From a virus (taxonomy: Duplodnaviria > Caudoviricetes): a DNA stretch of 64,000 nt. The notes beneath the pieces are model-generated. The model saw only the letters and a list, made by a program, of their open reading frames with translations. It was not told the origin of the DNA and made no database searches. The stretch lies in IMG/VR virus record IMGVR_UViG_2869221657_000003, positions 1 through 64,000 of that record. One strand, 5' to 3'. Made by a program: the position numbers and the translations under genes. Below, piece by piece: positions 54,063 through 64,000 of the stretch; positions within the stretch are counted from its first letter, which is position 1; each line of letters begins with the position of its first letter.

Positions 54063-55706
54063 ATGATTGATCTTCCCGACGAGATCGCGGATGGCGATGT
54101 TCGGAAGCTCATTGAGAATGAGTTTTGGCCGGAGTTTATTCGGCGGCGCGAGGGGCTTGACAAGATTGCGCGGTGGGTGCGGGGCGATCAGCCTGATTAC
54201 CTGATTCAGAATGCTAGCCAGGAGAAGCGGGCTTTGCTTAAGCTTGCTAAGACTCCGTGGTTGGGTCTGGTGGTCACTCACTTTACGCAGGCTTTGTTTG
54301 TTGATGGCTATAAGGCTGAGGGTGCTAAGGACAACTCGGCGGGGCCGTGGCAGACGTGGCACGCGAACAACATGCAGTCTCGGCAGATTGCGATTCACCG
54401 GGCGGCGCTTACCTACGGGTATTCGTTTGCGCGGGTGTTGCCGGGTGTGGCGCTTGACGGTGCCGACCAGGCTGAGATTCGTGGGGTGTCGCCGCGCCGT
54501 CTGCTGGCTTTGTATGAGGACCAGGTTAATGACGAGTATCCGAGGTATGCGCTGGAGCTTGCTAACAACGGCAAGTCGGTGCGGCTTTATACGGATGAGT
54601 TCTATTACGAGCTAAAGATGTCGTCGCCGGGTAGTTTCCCGCGTGAGCAGACGATTAGGAAGGTTCGGCACGGTGTGGGTGTGTGCCCGTTCGTGCGGTA
54701 CGTGAACATGATGGATTTGGACGGCTTCACTATGGGTGAGGTCGAGTATCTGATTCCTGTTGCGTCCAAGATTGACAAGACTGATTATGACCGGTTGTTG
54801 GCTCAGCATTACAACTCTTGGAAGGTTAAGACCGCTACTGGTATTGACGACCTTGACGCTGAGGCGACGGACGATGAGCGGTCGCGGGCGAAGCTGATCC
54901 TGGCGCATGACGATATTTTGATGCATGGCAGCCATGAGGCGCGCTTTGGCACTTTGCCGGAGACGAGCCTTGATGGGTTTATCGCGGCTCATACGCAGGA
55001 TGTTGAAATCCTCGCTACGAACGCTCAGGTGCCGGTGTGGGTCCTTAATGGTTCTCTCGCCAATCTTTCGGGAGACGCGCTTACAGCGGCCACTAAGAGC
55101 ACTATTCAGAAGCTTTACGAGCGTCAGATTACGTTCGGCTCCGCGCATAACCAACTGTTGAGGTTGGCGGCGCATGTTGAGGGTGATTCTGAGGGTGCGC
55201 GTGACTTTACGGCTTCGGTGTCGTGGCAGGACACGTCGGTGCGTTCGTTGGCTCAGGCCGTGGATGCGTATGGCAAGGCCGCGACGATGCTGGGTATGCC
55301 GAAAGAGTTCCTGTGGGGTCTGATTCCGGGCATTACGCAGTCGGATGTTGAGCGGATGCGCGAGCACTACAACGACGACGACGAGATGACGCAGATGCTT
55401 CTGTGGTGGACGCCTAACGGTCCTGGGGGCAAGTTCGCCGCCGACATTGAGGTTGATACGCAGACGCAGATCATTGAGGCCCAGGGCGAGGTTCAGTCTG
55501 AGCAGATTGACCAGCAGGCGGCTCATGCTGCGGATGCTGCGGAAAAGGCTCAGGCGGCGGCTAAGTCTCAGGCGGTGGCGGTGGCTAAGGCCACCCCTGC
55601 CGCTCCGGCGGCTGGCCGTAAGACGGCTTCTACGTCTAAGCGGACGCCTAAAAAGTCGGGCGGCGTGAACGGTAACGATCCGTCATCGAGGTCTAAGGCT
55701 GCATAA
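54063..55706 (+). CDS. Portal protein
   Basis: Follows TerL; SPP1-like portal features (N.SGDAL, V.W.D...S.AQ..D). Confidence 0.88.
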   Translation: MIDLPDEIADGDVRKLIENEFWPEFIRRREGLDKIARWVRGDQPDYLIQNASQEKRALLKLAKTPWLGLVVTHFTQALFVDGYKAEGAKDNSAGPWQTWHANNMQSRQIAIHRAALTYGYSFARVLPGVALDGADQAEIRGVSPRRLLALYEDQVNDEYPRYALELANNGKSVRLYTDEFYYELKMSSPGSFPREQTIRKVRHGVGVCPFVRYVNMMDLDGFTMGEVEYLIPVASKIDKTDYDRLLAQHYNSWKVKTATGIDDLDAEATDDERSRAKLILAHDDILMHGSHEARFGTLPETSLDGFIAAHTQDVEILATNAQVPVWVLNGSLANLSGDALTAATKSTIQKLYERQITFGSAHNQLLRLAAHVEGDSEGARDFTASVSWQDTSVRSLAQAVDAYGKAATMLGMPKEFLWGLIPGITQSDVERMREHYNDDDEMTQMLLWWTPNGPGGKFAADIEVDTQTQIIEAQGEVQSEQIDQQAAHAADAAEKAQAAAKSQAVAVAKATPAAPAAGRKTASTSKRTPKKSGGVNGNDPSSRSKAA

Positions 55707-55722
55707 CTGAATAGGGGGTGGG

Positions 55723-56787
55723 TTGGCCGACGACGCGGAAGATAAGAAGCGCAAGGCCGCTGCACTCCCCGAACTGACGCCGATTCCTGCTCTTGCTGCT
55801 TGGTATGCGACTCAGCATGTCCAAGCGCAGGAGGGGATCGCGGCGTCTGTGTCTTCGGGGTTGGCCCTGTTGTGGCCGATCATTAATTTGGGCGATCTGG
55901 ACAAGTCGACACCTAGTTGGCTGCACGCAACCACGCTGCAAATCGAAAAGGGCTGGAATGAGTCAGCCGAGCGAGCGTATGAGTACGTGCAACAGGCTTT
56001 GTTGTCGGTGGAGCCGGATGCTACGCCACCCGCGAGGGTGGAGACGAAGTTTCCCGTGCAGGAAATCCAAACTGCGATGCGGGTTCGCGGACCGGTTGAG
56101 GTTAAGCGCCAGATTGCGCGCGCTGTGCCTGAACAGGACGCGATGGAAGCCGGTAAGAAAGCCTCTGATGGTGTGGGGGCTACTAAGGCGACTGACGGCG
56201 GTCGCACTCAGGTCTTAGAGCTTGTGCGGAGGGAAGCCCCTAAGCGGCTTTCTCGGGGCAAGCCTATCGGGTATGCCCGTAAGACTGACGGTAATCCGTG
56301 CTATTTCTGCGCCATTTTGGCGTCACAAGGTGCGGTGTATTTCTCTGAGTCCAGCTTTGACCGTTCTAACTCGATGATTCGAGAGGTTAAGTGGACTAGC
56401 AATAAAGACAAGGGCACGCGGCGCGCTTTCATAGGCGATGGCCCGGCGAAGGTGCATGACCATTGTCAATGCACGATGCGTCCGGTATTTAGCAAGAGTG
56501 ATTCTTTAGATGATCGCGCCAAGTATTTCCGTGACCAGTGGATGAAGCACGGCAGGGGCGGGAAGGGGTCGGACGGTAAATATCGTTCGGCTGAGAACAA
56601 TTTCCGCCGTAATTATGTGCCGCCACCACCTTACAGCGCAGATGTGCTGGATTTGAGCGAGCGTCGGCAGATTATCTCCGATGTTCAAAATAACCGTGAA
56701 CTTTTGTTGGCTCGCGGGTTTAAGGCGGATTCGCCAAACGTCAAGTTCCTTGACGACTCGATTAGAAAACTAAGCGCTTCAGCTTAG
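55723..56787 (+). CDS. Capsid maturation / MuF-like minor head protein
   Basis: GYAR..DG.PC.FC.ILAS.G..Y; HDHCQC. Confidence 0.75.
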   Translation: MADDAEDKKRKAAALPELTPIPALAAWYATQHVQAQEGIAASVSSGLALLWPIINLGDLDKSTPSWLHATTLQIEKGWNESAERAYEYVQQALLSVEPDATPPARVETKFPVQEIQTAMRVRGPVEVKRQIARAVPEQDAMEAGKKASDGVGATKATDGGRTQVLELVRREAPKRLSRGKPIGYARKTDGNPCYFCAILASQGAVYFSESSFDRSNSMIREVKWTSNKDKGTRRAFIGDGPAKVHDHCQCTMRPVFSKSDSLDDRAKYFRDQWMKHGRGGKGSDGKYRSAENNFRRNYVPPPPYSADVLDLSERRQIISDVQNNRELLLARGFKADSPNVKFLDDSIRKLSASA

Positions 56788-56838
56788 GACGCGGGACAGT
56801 CACGCGTTTTTATTGACTGGCTTTTAAAGGATTAATCA

Positions 56839-57438
56839 ATGTCTGAACTAGATAACAACCCTGACGACGACGTTACTAACGAGGGTGGCGATCCGGCGGA
56901 TAACACTCCGGAGAACACTTTCAAAGCTATTACCTCTCAAGATGATTTTGATAAGGCCGTAGCTCGTCGTGTTGCGCGTGAGCGTAAGAAGTACGAGGGA
57001 TTTGAGGACTTCAAGGCTAAGGCTGAGCAGTTCGAAAAGCTTGAGGCTGAAAAGGGTTCTGATATCGAGAAGCTGACTCGTCGCGCCGAAAAGGCTGAGC
57101 GCGATTTGGCTTCGCTAACGGAGAAGCTGTCTAAGGCTGAGCGCAATGAGACGGTCCGCGATATTGCTGATGAGCTGGGCCTGCCTAAGAAGCTGGTTAA
57201 GCGTGTTCAGGGCGATACCGAGGAAGATATTCGCGCCGACATTGAGGACCTTTTGGAGGGTCTACCTAAGGGCGAAACGAAGGACGATCCTGAGGATAAG
57301 GGCAATAAGAAGCCCCCTTCGCAGGCTCCTAAGGCTCGTATGACCTTTACCGCGCCGGGTGATGAGTCGGATCAGGGGCTAGAAGTTAGCGCCGACGACA
57401 TTCTGAAAGACCTCCCGCGTGGCGGTGGCGTGGGTTAA
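56839..57438 (+). CDS. Scaffolding protein
   Basis: Acidic/Lys-rich coiled coil; ..TSQDDFDK.V..R.ARER. Confidence 0.8.
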   Translation: MSELDNNPDDDVTNEGGDPADNTPENTFKAITSQDDFDKAVARRVARERKKYEGFEDFKAKAEQFEKLEAEKGSDIEKLTRRAEKAERDLASLTEKLSKAERNETVRDIADELGLPKKLVKRVQGDTEEDIRADIEDLLEGLPKGETKDDPEDKGNKKPPSQAPKARMTFTAPGDESDQGLEVSADDILKDLPRGGGVG

Positions 57439-57498
57439 TCCCGCCCCGCATTTCTAACCATATTCCATTTTCCAAATAACTAAATAGAGGAGATTGTC

Positions 57499-58659
57499 TT
57501 GGCTACTCCTGGACACATTTTCGTTAAGCCGGAACTTGTCGCTGAAATCGGCGTCAAGCAGCTTCAGCGCGAGATCGTGCTGCCCGGCCTTGTGTGGACT
57601 AACCCGCTAACGAACTTCGGTGGTTCTAAGAACGACACCATTACGGTGCGCGTGCCTGCTATCACCACGGCTCATCGGCGTGATCTGCGTAGCGATGACC
57701 GTACGGTTATTGCTAGCGAGCTGATCGAGCACAGCTTCGGTGTGACGCTTGATAAGCACATTTACCAGGCTTTGAAGTTCACGGATGAGCAGCGCACGTT
57801 GGATATCCGCGACTACACGTCTCAGGTGCTTATGCCTCAGGTCAGCGCGGTTGCGTATGAGCTTGAGGATTACATCGCTGAGCTGATCGAGGGTGCTCCT
57901 TACGAGGAAACCATTCTTATTGATCCGAGCGATACGGTTCCGGCGTTTATCACGGCTGATCAGCGTATGGGTGAGAACTTTGTTCCTACCGATTCGCGGA
58001 CGCTGGTTGTGGGTTCGGCTGTTGCCGCTGCCCTGGCGAAGGATAAGCAGTTCCGTCATGCCGACTGGAGCGGTGATCAGGCTAATACGGCTCTGCGTGA
58101 GGCGCATGTGGGTCGTTTGGCTGGTATGAACGTGATCAAGTCTTTGGCGATTGCGCCGGATAAGGCTTATCTGTGGCACCGGACCGCTTTCATCTTGGCT
58201 TACCGTACGCCGGTTGTGCCTGAGGGCGCTAAGGCTGGTGCTTCGTTCTCGGCTAATGGCATCGCTCTGCGTTGGCTGGCTGACTACGACTACTCGCAGC
58301 TGGGCGACCGGACCCTGTTGGACGTGTTCACGGGCCGCAAGGTTGTGACTGAGGTCGACGGTTCGTTTGTGCGCGCGGTGGAGCTTCAGCTGACCGCTAC
58401 GGGCATTTCGATTGTTCAGGGTGCCGCTGTGTCGCTTGCGACCACGACGGGGACCAAGCAGTTGAAGGTTCGTGACGATAACGGCACCGACGTTACGGCG
58501 CGTTGCACGTTCTCTAGCGCGACCACGGCTAAGGCCACGGTGAGCTCGGGCGGCAAGGTGACGGGTGTTGCTTCGGGCACGTCGGTTATCACGGCGTCTT
58601 ACGTTCCGCCGCAGGGTGGTTCGGCTAAGACGGCCACCACGACGGTCACTGTTCCTTAA
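57499..58659 (+). CDS. Major capsid protein with C-terminal Ig-like domain
   Basis: Position; HK97-like core; C-terminal KATVSSGGKVTGVASGT. Confidence 0.88.
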   Translation: MATPGHIFVKPELVAEIGVKQLQREIVLPGLVWTNPLTNFGGSKNDTITVRVPAITTAHRRDLRSDDRTVIASELIEHSFGVTLDKHIYQALKFTDEQRTLDIRDYTSQVLMPQVSAVAYELEDYIAELIEGAPYEETILIDPSDTVPAFITADQRMGENFVPTDSRTLVVGSAVAAALAKDKQFRHADWSGDQANTALREAHVGRLAGMNVIKSLAIAPDKAYLWHRTAFILAYRTPVVPEGAKAGASFSANGIALRWLADYDYSQLGDRTLLDVFTGRKVVTEVDGSFVRAVELQLTATGISIVQGAAVSLATTTGTKQLKVRDDNGTDVTARCTFSSATTAKATVSSGGKVTGVASGTSVITASYVPPQGGSAKTATTTVTVP

Positions 58660-58670
58660 GGGACTAGCTG

Positions 58671-59150
58671 ATGGCGGGTCTAGCGACGGTAACTGAGCTT
58701 CAGACCCTCATGTCTAAGACGTTCGCCGAGGGGAGCGATGAGCTAGCGCAGGCTGAGCTTGTTCTAGCCATCGTTTCCTCTTGGGCAAGGGTGGTGTCCG
58801 GTCAGTCATGGCCGGATGCCCCCACGGGCGTTCCGGATGATGTGCGGGCTGTTGTGTTGCAGGCGTCCCGCCGGGAGCTTAAAAACCCTGACCGCGTTAT
58901 TTCGCGGCAGATGGGTCCGTTCAACGTCACGTTTTCAAGCCCGCCGGATGGGTTCTTCTATCCGGCTGAGTTGGCTATTCTCAAGCGTTTTCGGCGCTCG
59001 GGTGGTCTGCGTACGGTGAGCGTTTCTCGCGGCGAGGATGGACGGCCTTGGGCCGGGAAGGTGGGTTATCTCCACTACGGCGAGGGTGACGGTATTTTCC
59101 CGTTCTGCTCGGGTGATGAGGGGTACGGTGACCCGGTTCCGTGGAGCTAG
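58671..59150 (+). CDS. Head-to-tail adaptor
   Basis: LATV.EL...NPD...Q.GPF...F..AEL. Confidence 0.8.
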   Translation: MAGLATVTELQTLMSKTFAEGSDELAQAELVLAIVSSWARVVSGQSWPDAPTGVPDDVRAVVLQASRRELKNPDRVISRQMGPFNVTFSSPPDGFFYPAELAILKRFRRSGGLRTVSVSRGEDGRPWAGKVGYLHYGEGDGIFPFCSGDEGYGDPVPWS

Positions 59151-59467
59151 AAACTCTGAATGTTTATCGGGGACCTACCGATAGGTACGGGAATCCGAAC
59201 AAGGATATCCACGGGACTGTTGACGGTGCGTTCGCTTGGGGTGGGCTCCGCTTCGGCGGGACCATCGCTGGCGGTAAGGCTGAAAGTAGTTCCGCATCGC
59301 CTCAGCTTTACGTGAGGCGGGGCGCTGACCTCAAGTATCGAGACCGTGTTGAGCGGGCTAATGGGGAAACCTATGTGGTTGGCCGGTGCGCGTGGGATCA
59401 GGACTTTCCGCTCGATGGCTACGACTTCGGTTACGTAGTTTTTGAGCTTGAAGCGGGGAATCTCTAA
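59141..59467 (+). CDS. Head-to-tail stopper
   Basis: Position; R....D.YG.P. Confidence 0.6.
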   Translation: MELETLNVYRGPTDRYGNPNKDIHGTVDGAFAWGGLRFGGTIAGGKAESSSASPQLYVRRGADLKYRDRVERANGETYVVGRCAWDQDFPLDGYDFGYVVFELEAGNL

Positions 59468-59889
59468 TGCCCGCGTCCGGTCACCGGTTGACCGATATTG
59501 ACATTCCTGAGCCGAATAAGGCTCTGGCGGCGCTGTTGCTTAGCAGGAACATGGAATTGCTTATGGGAATCCTTGGGCAAGAGGTTGTTCTTCGCTATCG
59601 GGCGAAGGTTGCTAAGCGCACGGGCCAGCTGGCCGCGTCTGCGAGTTCTCATGTGCAGATCGGTGGTCATAAAAACGACCGCTGGGTTGGCAGGGTCACT
59701 ATTGGTGGTGATATGGCGGTGGCTAAGTGGTTTAGTCCCCGTAACCCTAACCCTGGCGACTTGTTCTATTACGGCGTCCTCCATGAGCACGGCGACGGTG
59801 GCAATCCCCCTTCGGGTTGGGACTTTCCGGCGCATAAGGACTTGAAGGCTGTTGTTGAGAGCATGAATTTTGCGCAGGGGGTTAACTAG
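59467..59889 (+). CDS. Neck / tail completion protein
   Basis: AKRTG.LA.S...YG..HE.G. Confidence 0.6.
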   Translation: MPASGHRLTDIDIPEPNKALAALLLSRNMELLMGILGQEVVLRYRAKVAKRTGQLAASASSHVQIGGHKNDRWVGRVTIGGDMAVAKWFSPRNPNPGDLFYYGVLHEHGDGGNPPSGWDFPAHKDLKAVVESMNFAQGVN

Positions 59890-60392
59890 TGGCTTTGGTG
59901 CTGCCTGACTGGTATGAGGATTCGTTCGTTAACGTCGAGAATTTGTTAATCGACTTGTTCGGCGATCTTTTGCCTGATTGCGAGACGGGGTGCTGGGCAC
60001 CTGATGATTGGTTGGATAACAAGCTGCCAGTTAAGCCGGTGATTTGGTTCTTCCGGCTGCCTGGTGGGCGCGTGGACTGGTCCGGTCGTAAAGACGAGTG
60101 CCAGGTTCAGGTCATGGTGGTCACGGGGAGCCGTGATGATTCGTGGCGGCTAATGGATTTTGTGCGTTCGATGCTTCTGCCCATGCAGGGGGATAAGTAC
60201 AAGATGGCGGACGGTTATACGGCTCACATTCATAAAGCCGATGAGGTTGCCGGTCCGCAACTGTTGACACCGGGCCAGCGTATCGACACGCGCGTTGTGA
60301 CGGCCACTTTTCAAGTCTCAGTGTCGATGAAATCCGCGAAGAATTACAAGCAAAAGCTCTATGAGCTTTGGCAACGGCTGCGCGGTTCTTAA
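59889..60392 (+). CDS. Tail terminator
   Basis: Position before major tail gene. Confidence 0.65.
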   Translation: MALVLPDWYEDSFVNVENLLIDLFGDLLPDCETGCWAPDDWLDNKLPVKPVIWFFRLPGGRVDWSGRKDECQVQVMVVTGSRDDSWRLMDFVRSMLLPMQGDKYKMADGYTAHIHKADEVAGPQLLTPGQRIDTRVVTATFQVSVSMKSAKNYKQKLYELWQRLRGS

Positions 60393-60419
60393 CCCACAAC
60401 TAAATAAGGACAACTTAAT

Positions 60420-61316
60420 ATGGATTTTTACACGATTAAGGATGCGCAGGCCGACCTTGCTCTAGCGCCCCTAAACCTGACCGTGCTTTTGGCTCCGTAT
60501 GCGACGACTCCGGCTTTGACGCTGGAATCGCCTACGGATGGGTCTCTGACTATTCCTGATGGGTATAAGTCGGTTGGTCATTTCGAGAAGCAGGCGGGTT
60601 TGACGCTCGGTAATGAGTTCGATTCTAAGGATATCGACGCTTACGGTGAGCCTGAGCCCATCCGCACGATTATCAATAAGAAGACGACGACGTTCGATTT
60701 CGCCATGTTCCAGAATCAGCGCAATGTGCTGGAGCTGATTCATACGGCGGATTTCTCGCATGTCGAGCCTTCGGCGTTCGGTGGCATTGTTCTTGAGTCG
60801 CCCAAGGTGCCTAAGAACATTTACTACCGGGCGATTTTGGTTGGTCTGGATGACCGCAACGACCGTGAGGTTTGGCTTTACTGGCTGATGCCGAAGGTGA
60901 AGCTGGACAAGCTGGACAACCAGACGTTTAACGACGACAACGTTCTGACCTACAAGCCGACTTTGAAGGCTTTCAAGGATGACACGTTGGGTTATTCGGT
61001 GGCTCAGGGGTTCGCTGGTCCGGGTTGGCGCGACATTGTGGCGCTGGCTGGTTTTGGTCGGGCTCTTACGGCTCTGACGATCACGCCGGGCACGGGCTCG
61101 GTGACGGCGGCTACGGGTGCTTCGCACACGGTTCAGCTGCTTGTGGAGGGCGACAACGGCATTAACTACACGCCGGATGTCAAGTTCACGTCGAGCGCTC
61201 CTACGAAGGCCACGGTTTCGGCCAGTGGTTTGGTGACGGGTGTTGCTTCGGGCACCACGACGATCACCGCAACCAAGGGCGCGTTGACGGCTACGGCGAC
61301 CATCACGGTTACCTAA
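60420..61316 (+). CDS. Major tail protein with C-terminal Ig-like domain
   Basis: Position; FTSSAPTKATVSASGLVTGVASG. Confidence 0.88.
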   Translation: MDFYTIKDAQADLALAPLNLTVLLAPYATTPALTLESPTDGSLTIPDGYKSVGHFEKQAGLTLGNEFDSKDIDAYGEPEPIRTIINKKTTTFDFAMFQNQRNVLELIHTADFSHVEPSAFGGIVLESPKVPKNIYYRAILVGLDDRNDREVWLYWLMPKVKLDKLDNQTFNDDNVLTYKPTLKAFKDDTLGYSVAQGFAGPGWRDIVALAGFGRALTALTITPGTGSVTAATGASHTVQLLVEGDNGINYTPDVKFTSSAPTKATVSASGLVTGVASGTTTITATKGALTATATITVT

Positions 61317-61338
61317 GTCGTTTTGTTTGGGGGGAATG

Positions 61339-61376
61339 AGGGAGGTAGTCGTTTGGCTGCCTCCCTCTCCCTTTTG
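61339..61376 (+). terminator. Intrinsic terminator
   Basis: GAGGGAGGTAG...CTGCCTCCCTC followed by T run. Confidence 0.65.
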
Positions 61377-61410
61377 TGTTCAAAACTAGTTTATAAGGGG
61401 ATTATTTTTT

Positions 61411-61692
61411 ATGTCTGATTCTGACATTAATGAGATGGTTGGCTCGCTGTTTAAGGAACTGCTTGATTCGGTTCGCGTTCCGGAGCCTCTTGAGGTTGCG
61501 CCTGGCTTGGTTGTGAGTAACCCGACTAAGAAGCAGGCTAATGAGCTTATGAAGGCCACGACTGAGGAAGATGCTCAGCGGATCATCTTTGGTGATCAGT
61601 TCGACCGTGCTATGGATTTGTTTGATCCGCAGCCCATCCAGGTGTGGAACGCGTTCATGGAAAAGTATAACGAGCACTTTTTTCGGAAGTAA
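61411..61692 (+). CDS. Tail assembly chaperone (G)
   Basis: Between major tail and tape measure genes. Confidence 0.8.
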   Translation: MSDSDINEMVGSLFKELLDSVRVPEPLEVAPGLVVSNPTKKQANELMKATTEEDAQRIIFGDQFDRAMDLFDPQPIQVWNAFMEKYNEHFFRK

Positions 61693-62236
61693 ACGCTTAG
61701 ATCAGATCGCTTACGTCGCTCATGTTGTTGAGCGGTATTGGAAAGCGATCAACTGGGATTTTCAGCAGATTCTAGGTGTTAATGCGTGGGATTTCTTTGC
61801 CGCTCCGTGTCGCTGCGGGCAGTGTCGGGAGCGGCACGGGGATCGGTTGACTTCACGCTATTCCTCCCGGCGAAGCTGGGATCAGTTTCTCATGTTCTAT
61901 GAGGCGCTTTTGGAGTGGCGTGGTTCCTATGTGCAAGCCCTGTTCCTTAGCGACCCTGACGTTATCAACTCTCAGGCGGACGCCTCTGACGAAGACTGGA
62001 AGCCCAAAAAGCCCGGTCTGTGGCAGTGGACTAAGGAAATTGACGCGATGTTTCATGTCGCGGATCAGGTGCAGGCTGGTCGTATCCGTGATCCGGATCA
62101 TTTCAAGCCTTATCCGAGGCCGGTAATCCCTGCTGAGGTTGAACGAAAGAAGCGTAAGGAACGTAAGTCGAGTTCGGGTATCGAGGCTGCTATGGCGCGT
62201 GGGCGTGAGGCGGCTAAGTGGAACTACATAACTTAA
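61682..62236 (+). CDS. Tail assembly chaperone frameshift extension (T)
   Basis: Open +1 frame without own start, overlapping the G stop. Confidence 0.7.
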   Translation, partial: FGSKRLDQIAYVAHVVERYWKAINWDFQQILGVNAWDFFAAPCRCGQCRERHGDRLTSRYSSRRSWDQFLMFYEALLEWRGSYVQALFLSDPDVINSQADASDEDWKPKKPGLWQWTKEIDAMFHVADQVQAGRIRDPDHFKPYPRPVIPAEVERKKRKERKSSSGIEAAMARGREAAKWNYIT

Positions 62237-62261
62237 TAACAATTTAATAGAGGGGGCACCT

Positions 62262-64000
62262 GTGAGTGAATTTGTTGCCGCCCAGGCGTCGGTGCTTATG
62301 GTGCCGTCGCTTGGGAAGGGTGCCAATAGTTTCCAGACCAAGCTCCGCACGCAGCTTGAAAAGGTCCGCGCTTCTGTCGACGTTGAGGTTAAGGCTGACA
62401 CGGCGAAGATGGTTGCTGAAGTTACGGCGACTAAGAAAGCGCTGGAAAAGGACGCGGTTGTTGTGCCGGTCCATTACCGGACGAGTCGGCAGAGTAAGAG
62501 CGACCTTGACAAGCTAAAGCAGAACCTTTCTGAGGTTGGCGACAATTTCGATAAGGTTTCCGATAAGTTCCGCCGGAGTTTGGTCCTGAATCTTCAGGTT
62601 GCGGGCATGTCGCAGATTCGGGCTTTGATTCCTCTGTTGGGCGCGGTGAATGCGTCGATTGTGCAGCTCGCGCAGTCGGCGCTTCTGCTGCCCGGAATCT
62701 TGGCTGGTGTCGGTACTTCGCTTTTGACGACCGTTCTGGGTGTTAAGGGGCTGGGTGATGCGTTTAAGGCGCAGGCTAAGGCTTCTAAGGATTCAGTGGA
62801 GGCGTCGCGCCAGCAGCGGGACGCTAACAATGCGGTGCGGGATTCTACGCGTGATCTGAATTATGCGATCCGTGATGCCAAGCGGAATCTTGAAGACTTG
62901 AACGACCAGCTGCGTGATGCGCCGTTGGACGAAGCCGAAGCGATGATGAATCTGCAAGAGGCTATGGCTGAGATGGCCGACACGTCGGGCAAGACGGCTT
63001 TCCAGCGCCAAAAGGATGCTTTGCGGGTTGAGAAGTCTGAGGCGTCTCTAGCTGAGACGCGTAAGCGCAATGTGAGGCTACAGCAGGATGTTAACGAGGC
63101 CAACAAAAAGGGTATTGCCGGTAATGATCAGGTTGTTGCGGCTACGGAGCGTTTGACTAAGGCGCTTGAGGCTGCGACGGATCATAAGGGTTCGGTTCAG
63201 GACCTCGCGGATGCGATGGCGAAGTTGTCTCCGAATGCGCAGGCGTTTGTTACTCAGGTGCGGGCGTTGGGTGATGTTTGGAGCGATCTGCGCAAGTCTG
63301 TCCAGGATCGGCTGTTTGACCATCTGGGCGAAGATTTAACCTCCCTGTCGGCTATCACCTTGCCGAACGTGGAAGGTGGCTTACAGCGTGTTGCAGCGGC
63401 CATTAACGGCAATCTCCGTACGGCGATGGCTTCGCTCGGGTCGGATTCAAGCCAGGGGTTCTTGTCGCGGATTTTTGGTAACACTGCCGATGCGCAGGCG
63501 ATGTTTGATCGGGCTATCAATCCTCTGATTGATTCGTTCCTACGGTTGGGTGCGGTCGGGTCGGATTACTTGCCTCGTTTGTCGGACGGTTTCGGCGATG
63601 TTATGGCGCGGTTTGACAGGTTCATTGCGCGGGCTGAGGCTGATGGGTCGCTGGACAAGTGGATCAATAACGGTATTGACGCGTTGAAGCAGTTGGGTAA
63701 CTCGCTGGTCAATGTGGCGTCGATTATGAACTCTGTTGCGGATGCTTTCACTAATTCTGGTGGTAAGACGTTCGGGCAGTGGCTACAAGACAACACGAAG
63801 CGCCTAGCGGATTTCCTTAAGGGTCCAGAGGGTCAGCAAAAGTTGACCAAGTTCTTTGTTGACGCACGTACTGAGTTCGCAAAGTGGGAGCCGGTTCTTA
63901 AGACTATTCCGGGGATCATTAAGAACATCGCGTCTGCCGGGCGTGATTGGGCCAATGGCATGTTGCCGTTCCTTAACACGATTGGTCCGCTGCTTAGGGA
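62262..64000 (+). CDS. Tape measure protein (5' part, runs off window)
   Basis: GTG 62262 after AGAGGGGG; long Ala/Leu-rich helical ORF MSEFVAAQASVLMVPSL...; no stop seen. Confidence 0.88.
   Translation, partial: MSEFVAAQASVLMVPSLGKGANSFQTKLRTQLEKVRASVDVEVKADTAKMVAEVTATKKALEKDAVVVPVHYRTSRQSKSDLDKLKQNLSEVGDNFDKVSDKFRRSLVLNLQVAGMSQIRALIPLLGAVNASIVQLAQSALLLPGILAGVGTSLLTTVLGVKGLGDAFKAQAKASKDSVEASRQQRDANNAVRDSTRDLNYAIRDAKRNLEDLNDQLRDAPLDEAEAMMNLQEAMAEMADTSGKTAFQRQKDALRVEKSEASLAETRKRNVRLQQDVNEANKKGIAGNDQVVAATERLTKALEAATDHKGSVQDLADAMAKLSPNAQAFVTQVRALGDVWSDLRKSVQDRLFDHLGEDLTSLSAITLPNVEGGLQRVAAAINGNLRTAMASLGSDSSQGFLSRIFGNTADAQAMFDRAINPLIDSFLRLGAVGSDYLPRLSDGFGDVMARFDRFIARAEADGSLDKWINNGIDALKQLGNSLVNVASIMNSVADAFTNSGGKTFGQWLQDNTKRLADFLKGPEGQQKLTKFFVDARTEFAKWEPVLKTIPGIIKNIASAGRDWANGMLPFLNTIGPLLR

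Larger units (their letters stand above)
5706..64000. mobile_element. Temperate siphovirus prophage (cluster L-like organisation), continues beyond window
   Basis: Integrase, immunity switch, replication genes, tRNAs, terminase, portal, capsid, tail and tape measure in phage order. Confidence 0.95.

Noticed and set aside
1-64000. Reverse transcriptase, retron or DGR system
   Set aside because: No YxDD RT motif or template/variable repeat pair noticed in the window.

Overview
High-GC mycobacterial DNA. Positions 1-5700 hold the right part of a phiRv2-like integrative element (membrane cargo genes, AAA/RepA-like ATPase, DUF2742, Xis-like HTH, XRE regulator, tyrosine integrase). A 49-bp 3' fragment of tRNA-Lys(UUU) at 5706-5754 is the att junction. 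From there to the window end lies about 58 kb of a large temperate siphovirus prophage whose organisation resembles cluster L mycobacteriophages. In order: tyrosine integrase, membrane protein, repressor/Cro/Xis switch, and a long rightward early region (metallophosphoesterase, SPFH lipoprotein, DUF2828 TROVE-like vWA protein, exonuclease and ERF, cytidine deaminase, DnaB, three WhiB, Prs+Nampt-like pair, Pnk, RusA, SSB, HicA-like, RNA ligase, ClpP, L7/L12-like, DEDD exonuclease, HNH genes). Then come 11 tRNA genes, a leftward operon (MoxR-like AAA plus two vWA-like paralogues), a probable cos end, and the head-tail genes up to the start of the tape measure gene. The most striking unexplained structure is an array of three GTGGAC...ACAGCAAT...GTCCAG stem RNAs directly behind the DUF2828 gene; one carries a circularly permuted tRNA-like domain (YrlA-like Y RNA fold). 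Also notable are three other large structured intergenic RNA candidates and two families of palindromic operator-like sites. All family assignments come from motif recognition by eye, not from database searches.
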